Assembly (NCBI GenBank): GCA_033764315.1
Contig: JANRJA010000157.1
Coordinates: forward strand, 1 to 12,456
Direction: 5' to 3'
Source of the DNA: Oculatellaceae cyanobacterium bins.114
GTDB lineage: Bacteria > Cyanobacteriota > Cyanobacteriia > Elainellales > Elainellaceae
Length of the DNA stretch: 12,456 nucleotides
Shown: piece after piece, positions 7,619 through 12,456 of the stretch
Layout of the letters: each line of letters opens with the position of its first letter
How positions within the stretch are numbered: position 1 is the stretch's first letter
Translations under genes and position numbers: made by a program
Notes under the pieces: generated by a model
The model's database searches: none
What the model was told of the DNA's origin: nothing
Seen by the model: only the letters and a program-made list of their open reading frames with translations

Positions 7619-7683
7619 TTTTCAGCAATCTAACCATTGAGGATGAGTATATTCAATCTGTTGAAGCTTGTTATAACATCTTT

Positions 7684-8598
7684 ATGCCCAGCCCACTTAC
7701 CCACTTGACTTCAGAACAGGTCACCCAGTTTCACGAAGACGGGTTTTTGATTATTGAAGATCTTCTCGATCAGCACCTGGTTAATCAACTGGTGAATCGC
7801 GTTGACCCTTTGTTTGCCGGTGAATTTGAGACAGGGGTTTATCCTGATGAGTGGCATTGGAACCCTTACCTGAGCTTGCCGGGGGCATCGGGGCAGATGA
7901 CAGGTGTGTGGAAGTGCGATCGCACATTGGCAAGTGTCATGCTCTCTAGCGGATTGGGGCAAATTTGTGCAGCGTTGGGCAACTGGTCAGGTGCTCGTGT
8001 GCTGGTCGATGGTTTGTGGCGCAAACCCTATGGTGCTTCTGAAACCACGCTGCATCAAGATTCAATGTATTCCTTCTATCACACGCCGCAAGACATTGTG
8101 ATTGCGTGGATTGCCCTTAGCGATGCGGTGCATGGAGCGGGCACGATTGAATATGTGCGTGGTTCTCACAAATGGCCTCTGTCGCAAACGGTAGGCGAAT
8201 TTCACGCTGTCAACAAAAGCTATCGCTCTGATATGGAGCAAGCCGCTGAGCGGGCTGGAATTAGCCATCCAGAAGTGTTGCAACTGGAACTCAAACCGGG
8301 GAGTTGTGCCTTTCATCACGGGCACATGTGGCATGGCTCTGGCAAAAACACCACTCCTGGCAAGTTGCGACAAAGTTTAGTAGTGGCCTGCATCCCGGCA
8401 GAGTCTCGCTTTAAACCGGCTGAAACCTATGTGCCTGGAGGCTACATTGCGGGTCGATATAAGCAGTATGGCAGCGATGCAATGGATGAAAGCTTTTTCC
8501 CGATTTTGTGGACACAAGACGGCTATCGTACGCCCTTTTTAGCCGATTACTGTGAGGATGGGTTGCCAGCGGCTCCTGCTCTGGTTGCTCTGGCTTAG
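7684..8598 (+). CDS. Phytanoyl-CoA dioxygenase (PhyH) family Fe(II)/2-oxoglutarate dioxygenase, paralog 1 (304 aa)
   Basis: LTSEQVTQFHEDGFLIIEDLL start, HQD iron motif (8053-8061), WIALSDA, GTIEYVRGSHKW, distal His in WHGSG, and a 2OG-binding Arg in LRQS. Confidence 0.93.
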   Translation: MPSPLTHLTSEQVTQFHEDGFLIIEDLLDQHLVNQLVNRVDPLFAGEFETGVYPDEWHWNPYLSLPGASGQMTGVWKCDRTLASVMLSSGLGQICAALGNWSGARVLVDGLWRKPYGASETTLHQDSMYSFYHTPQDIVIAWIALSDAVHGAGTIEYVRGSHKWPLSQTVGEFHAVNKSYRSDMEQAAERAGISHPEVLQLELKPGSCAFHHGHMWHGSGKNTTPGKLRQSLVVACIPAESRFKPAETYVPGGYIAGRYKQYGSDAMDESFFPILWTQDGYRTPFLADYCEDGLPAAPALVALA

Positions 8599-8616
8599 TA
8601 AGGAGTTTTGTTGCCC

Positions 8617-9510
8617 ATGTCATATACCCCCATTCATCTGAGTGATGCTCAGATTGAGCAATTTCAGGAACAAGGCTTTCTGATTTTAGACAAGTTTTTA
8701 GAGTTGGCTCTGGTCGATCGCATTATTGAACGGCTTGATCCCCTCTTTGCTACGCGCTTTGAAACGGGCAACTATCCTGATGAGTGGTATGGTCGTCCGG
8801 GGTTAAACATTCCTAACTCGACTCGGCAGATGAGCGGTCTGTGGCACTGCGATCGCACCATTGCCAGTTTTACATTCTCGGCTGAGATCGCCCGTCTCAA
8901 CGCCACCTTGATGGGCTGGTCGGGTGGTCGGCTTGCCACCGATAGCTGCTGGATTAAGCCTCCCGGTGCTCCAGAGGTGGCTTTTCATCGCAACAACACC
9001 TACGCCGCCTGTATTGATCCCCCATCGCTGATCACCTGCTGGATTGCCCTCAGCGATGCCACCGCTCAGGCAGGCACGTTGGAGTATGTTCCTGGGTCTC
9101 ATTTATGGCGATGCACCGACCAACCCCGGTTTTTGCACGCCCCCAAAGACGACTATCGTCAACCCCTGTGGCAAGCGGCACACGAAGCTGGAGTCGATGC
9201 ACCCAAAATTCTCTCGGCTGAGATTCCTCCAGGCGGGTGCATCTTTTTACATGGTGACTTGTGGCACGGCTCTGGCATCAACCAAACCACCGACCAAACT
9301 CGTCGCAGCTTTGCCGTTAGCACTTTTTCGGCGCAGGCCCAGTTTCAATCAGAGACTCAGTACGGCTATATTTTTAGCCGCTATCGCCGAGTCACCTCTA
9401 TCGAGATGGATGAGAGCTTTTTCCCCATTTTGTGGACAGCGGATGGATATCGCTCTCCTCTGGCGCGGGATTACTGTGAGGATGCGCTTTTGCCTGCACT
9501 AGTTGTTTAA
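8617..9510 (+). CDS. PhyH family Fe(II)/2-oxoglutarate dioxygenase-like protein, paralog 2, with atypical HxN motif (about 297 aa)
   Basis: Collinear with paralog 1 (FETGxYPDEW, CDRT, WIALSDA, WHGSG, MDESFFPILWT), but HRN at 8986-8994 replaces HQD. TAAGGAG RBS at 8599-8605; the start could be TTG 8611 or ATG 8617. Confidence 0.9.
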   Translation: MSYTPIHLSDAQIEQFQEQGFLILDKFLELALVDRIIERLDPLFATRFETGNYPDEWYGRPGLNIPNSTRQMSGLWHCDRTIASFTFSAEIARLNATLMGWSGGRLATDSCWIKPPGAPEVAFHRNNTYAACIDPPSLITCWIALSDATAQAGTLEYVPGSHLWRCTDQPRFLHAPKDDYRQPLWQAAHEAGVDAPKILSAEIPPGGCIFLHGDLWHGSGINQTTDQTRRSFAVSTFSAQAQFQSETQYGYIFSRYRRVTSIEMDESFFPILWTADGYRSPLARDYCEDALLPALVV

Positions 9511-9695
9511 AGCAAAAGGAATGAAAGAGAGAGGACTGAATGTTGAGGAACAACAAGTACTGATCCTGTCGTTGCACTCTCGTGTGATCACATCATCTTT
9601 TTTCGATGCCCTTTTTTTATAATCTCCTGACAGAAGCACCCGAACTGGGCACCGATGCGAAGCGTCCCATGCTGCTAGTTTGAGAGTCAATCGGA

Positions 9696-9756
9696 GGGGG
9701 TCTGGGGGAAGCGGGTCGTACCCCAGCTAGGGGGTTTGGGGGAAGGCTTCCCCCAA
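9696..9756. repeat. G-rich double-hairpin repeat related to the core of the 193-317 element
   Basis: Two units of GGGGGTYTGGGGGAAG...CCCCA. Perfect 10-bp arms TTGGGGGAAG/CTTCCCCCAA at 9736-9756. Shares GGGGTsTGGGGG...CCCCAGCTAG with 235-262. Confidence 0.65.
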
Positions 9757-9864
9757 TGCTTGGGTCAACGAAAGATTAGAAATAGTTCAAGACCTGAGCC
9801 AATTCTTTTTAATTATTTGCGAAAAAATTATTAGGATCAAACAGTAGTCTGCATCTCTAGAACG

Positions 9865-10245
9865 ATGGCTCAAATCTTTATGGCGATCGCCGCTTTATTA
9901 GGAGGCACATCTGTTGCTGCTGGAGCTTTTGGCTCTCACGCATTACGGGAACGATTGAGCGATCGCGCCACTGAAATTTTTGAGATCGCTACCCGTTATC
10001 AGATGTATCACGCTCTAGCATTGCTGTTGGTTGGTATTTTGCTGAGTCGAGCAGAGTCGGCTCAAGCCCTACTGACTGGCTCAGCCTATGCCTTTATTGT
10101 AGGAGTGGTCATCTTTTCAGGCAGTCTCTATGCCCTCAGTCTGTCTCAAATCAAATGGTTAGGAGCCGTTGCTCCGTTAGGCGGACTAGCCCTGATGGTG
10201 GGATGGGGATGTCTGGCGATCGCTGCGTTGAATTTGAAGGGATGA
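9865..10245 (+). CDS. DUF423 (YgdD/TMEM256-like) small membrane protein (126 aa)
   Basis: Motifs GAFGSHAL, ATRYQMYHALALL, IFSGSLYAL and LGAVAPLGG...GW; four hydrophobic segments. Confidence 0.93.
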   Translation: MAQIFMAIAALLGGTSVAAGAFGSHALRERLSDRATEIFEIATRYQMYHALALLLVGILLSRAESAQALLTGSAYAFIVGVVIFSGSLYALSLSQIKWLGAVAPLGGLALMVGWGCLAIAALNLKG

Positions 10246-10283
10246 GTGGGAGAGACGCGATTAATCGCGTCTCTCCCACTCAT
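10242..10283. repeat. Perfect 42-bp palindrome (REP-like) overlapping the DUF423 stop codon
   Basis: ATGAGTGGGAGAGACGCGATT|AATCGCGTCTCTCCCACTCAT; the 21-nt arms are exact reverse complements with no spacer. Confidence 0.9.
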
Positions 10284-10329
10284 TCACTCTCCCTGGCAGA
10301 TTACTTAATGTTGCTTTACTCTAGTAGGC

Positions 10330-11511
10330 ATGGTTGAACAACTGAAGCCCCGTTATTCTGTTGCCTGGACGAATAAGATTGCTGAGATCCCGCAGACTGA
10401 GTGGGATGCGCTTGCCATGCCGCTAAAAACGCCGTTCCTGGAATGGGAGTGGCTGCACAATATGGAGTCGTCGGGCAGCACGACAGCAAAGGCAGGGTGG
10501 TTGCCCAATCACCTGACCATCTGGCGTGATGGTGTTTTGGTTGCAGCTGCACCCCTTTATCTTAAGGGACACAGTTACGGCGAGTTTGTCTTTGATCATC
10601 AGTGGGCAGATCTGGCGGCGCGGTTGGGCGTGCAATATTATCCCAAATTGTTGGGGATGTCGCCCTTTACTCCCGCTGAGGGATATCGCTTTTTGATCTC
10701 GCCTGACGAAGATGAAGACGAAATCACCGAGTTAATGATCTGGGCGATCGACCACTTTTGTCAGGAACAGGGCATTTCAGGTTGCAACTTTCTTTATGCT
10801 GATCCAGAGTGGCGGCAGGTCATGGAACGCCACGGCTTCGTCAGTTGGCTGCATCACAGCTACGTTTGGCAAAACCAGGGATTTCAAACTTTTGATGACT
10901 ATCTTGCGGTCTTTAACGCCAATCAACGGCGCAATATCAAACGAGAACGCAAAGCGGTAGAGAGTGCGGGGCTACAAGTACAACCGATCACGGGGGATGC
11001 CATTTCTAACTCGTTGCTGTCGTCGGTCTATCACTTCTATAGCGATACTTGCGATAAGTTTGGCTGGTGGGGCAGCAAGTATCTAACTCGGCGATTTTTT
11101 GAGCAACTACACTCCAACTATCGCCATCGCATTGTTGTATTTGCCGTGTTTGGTGAGCAAAATCCGGCTCATCCAGTGGGAATGTCTTTTTGCTTGACCA
11201 AAGGCGATCAACTGTATGGACGCTATTGGGGTGCAACGCAAGATTTTGACAATCTGCACTTCGACACCTGTTACTACACGCCAATTGAATGGGCGATCGC
11301 CAACGGCATTCAAACCTTTGATCCGGGAGCAGGGGGACGCCACAAAAAACGACGCGGATTCCCCGCGACTCCTAACAACTCGCTGCACCGCTTTTATGAA
11401 CCGCGATTGGATCAGATTTTGCGATCGTACATCGACAAAATTAACGACTTAGAACAGCAAGAAATTGACGGCATCAATCAAGACTTGCCCTTTAAACAAG
11501 CCAACAGTTAA
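10330..11511 (+). CDS. FemAB-like (DUF482) GNAT-fold protein (393 aa)
   Basis: Motifs PLYLKGHSYGEFVFDHQWA, YYPKLLGMSPFTPAEG, RRNIKRERK, LYGRYWG, LHFDTCYY and PGAGGRHKKRRGF. Confidence 0.92.
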   Translation: MVEQLKPRYSVAWTNKIAEIPQTEWDALAMPLKTPFLEWEWLHNMESSGSTTAKAGWLPNHLTIWRDGVLVAAAPLYLKGHSYGEFVFDHQWADLAARLGVQYYPKLLGMSPFTPAEGYRFLISPDEDEDEITELMIWAIDHFCQEQGISGCNFLYADPEWRQVMERHGFVSWLHHSYVWQNQGFQTFDDYLAVFNANQRRNIKRERKAVESAGLQVQPITGDAISNSLLSSVYHFYSDTCDKFGWWGSKYLTRRFFEQLHSNYRHRIVVFAVFGEQNPAHPVGMSFCLTKGDQLYGRYWGATQDFDNLHFDTCYYTPIEWAIANGIQTFDPGAGGRHKKRRGFPATPNNSLHRFYEPRLDQILRSYIDKINDLEQQEIDGINQDLPFKQANS

Positions 11512-11588
11512 TGGCAGTTGTCCGTTGTATTGAAGTAGTTTGGCGGCTGCAACCATTTTTACCCGACCCATAACAGGATAATCGTAAC

Positions 11589-11933
11589 CTACGGGTATTC
11601 TTGCTTCAGAATTAGTCTAATTGCAACATCTAATTCAGGAATTTTATTGATTACAACATCCCAAACAATTTCATAATCAACGCTGAAGTAGTTGTGAATT
11701 CATCGATCGCGCATTCCAGCCAAAGCTCGCCACTCAACAGCATCGTATTTTTGACGCACCCCATCCGGTAGCTGTTTAACTGCTTCCCCAATCACTTCAA
11801 TACTGCAAACGTAAGCGCGTTTCAAGGTTTCATCTTGTACAAATGTTGCCTTGTCTAAACTCGTGGAACTCATCATGATGTAAGTCGTTTCATCAAGAAT
11901 GTGTTGCAGATACTCACGAGCTGACGGAGACAT
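11589..11933 (-). pseudogene. HepT-like (DUF86/HEPN) ribonuclease toxin with an internal nonsense codon
   Basis: MSPSAREYLQHILDE...SIEVIGEAVKQLP...WRALAGMRDR*IHNYFSVDYEIVWDVVINKIPEL...EYP*. The in-frame TGA at 11700-11702 falls inside the R-X4-H-X-Y motif, and the frame continues to TAG at 11589-11591. Confidence 0.9.
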
Positions 11934-12096
11934 ACTCGACCTCATCCAAAATATGTGAACCAATGTAGGGACTTAACGACTCAATCGTGATGAGATCGAC
12001 TGCTCTGCCAAATAGATCTTCTAGGAAAAAAGATAGGTGTATAAAGTTATCAAACGTTTTTTGATCTGGCTCAAAAGTAACCAGAATATCAACATC
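11914..12096 (-). pseudogene. MntA-like minimal nucleotidyltransferase antitoxin, 5'-truncated
   Basis: Manual translation DVDILVTFEPDQKTFDNFIHLSFFLEDLFGRAVDLITIESLSPYIGSHILDEVEYVSVSS*. It overlaps the toxin start by 20 nt. An in-frame TGA precedes it, and no upstream FGS motif is present in any minus-strand frame up to 12164. Confidence 0.85.
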
Positions 12097-12164
12097 TCAA
12101 ATTCATCTACTTCATCGACTTTACCTAAGTTACCAAAGGGAAGTTGCTGTTGATTAGATGCAAT

Positions 12165-12456
12165 GGTAGTGCGTTAGGGTGATGTGGGTTTGGTGAAGTA
12201 GGAGAGAGCTCTATGAATCTACCCAAGCAATGGAATGTTGGCTCTGTGGTCATTCTAAGACCCACAAACATGGCAAAATGCCCAACGGACACCAACGATA
12301 CTTGTGCCTTGGATACAAACAAACCTTTTCTGAGAGCTTTGACACCCTGTACTATTATCGGCACGTCAGCCCAGAGCAGATTCAACAAGTTCTACAAGCC
12401 CATAGCGAAGGCACGAGTTTGGGAGGGATTAGCCGCATTACAGGACTGGCTTACAA
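12165..12456 (+). mobile_element. Left end of an IS1-family insertion sequence; runs off the window end
   Basis: GGTAGTG at 12165 fits IS1-family GGTnnTG termini and lies 65 nt before the transposase ATG. Confidence 0.75.
12230..12456 (+). CDS. IS1-family transposase N-terminus (InsA-like zinc ribbon plus HTH), partial and possibly degenerate
   Basis: Manual translation MECWLCGHSKTHKHGKMPNGHQRYLCLGYKQTFSESFDTLYYYRHVSPEQIQQVLQAHSEGTSLGGISRITGLAY...; CxxC...G.QRY.CxxY..TF followed by an EG.S...ISR HTH. Confidence 0.85.
   Translation, partial: MECWLCGHSKTHKHGKMPNGHQRYLCLGYKQTFSESFDTLYYYRHVSPEQIQQVLQAHSEGTSLGGISRITGLAY

Larger units (their letters stand above)
318..11300. repeat. Dispersed HIP1 octamers (GCGATCGC), at least 16 copies
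   Basis: Copies start at 318, 547, 1137, 1994, 2101, 3075, 4410, 5597, 7040, 7281, 7916, 8849, 9883, 9959, 10216 and 11293; about 0.2 would be expected by chance. Hallmark of cyanobacterial DNA. Confidence 0.95.

Noticed and set aside
9583-9592. TGTGATCACA as a CRP site
   Set aside because: The half-sites lack the required 6-bp spacer.
219-11452. Short ORFs overlapping or antisense to the main genes (e.g. 238-468, 643-909, 3501-3935, 4259-4633, 9044-9502, 11107-11388)
   Set aside because: Shadow frames of well-supported genes, with no recognisable motifs.
12125-12388. 87-aa minus-strand ORF as the missing antitoxin N-terminus
   Set aside because: It is antisense to the IS1 transposase and has no nucleotidyltransferase motif.
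1-12456. Whole window as a composite transposon bounded by IS elements
   Set aside because: The two ends belong to different IS families (ISAs1 and IS1), and the interior has host-like HIP1 density and core genes such as glgP.

Overview
Cyanobacterial chromosomal DNA (at least 16 HIP1 octamers, GCGATCGC). The left edge is the start of an ISAs1-family element and the right edge is the start of an IS1-family element. In between, in order: a cluster of small repeats; a divergent cryptochrome/photolyase-family flavoprotein (-); a GNAT acetyltransferase; glycogen phosphorylase (glgP); a four-gene module of unknown function (orphan SsuA/THI5-like ABC substrate-binding lipoprotein, stand-alone class I glutamine amidotransferase, two tandem PhyH-family Fe(II)/2-oxoglutarate dioxygenases); DUF423; a FemAB-like/DUF482 GNAT protein; and a dead MNT-HEPN (DUF86) toxin-antitoxin pair. 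Two candidates stand out. (1) The uptake/hydroxylation/amide-hydrolysis module, where the second dioxygenase has HxN instead of the HxD iron ligand and an NtcA-like palindrome sits between the divergent genes. (2) The photolyase-family protein, which appears to lack the lesion-binding residues, has a plant-cryptochrome-like Asp at the FAD N5-proximal position, and ends in a beta-clamp-type QLSLL motif. All family calls come from manual motif recognition; no searches were run.
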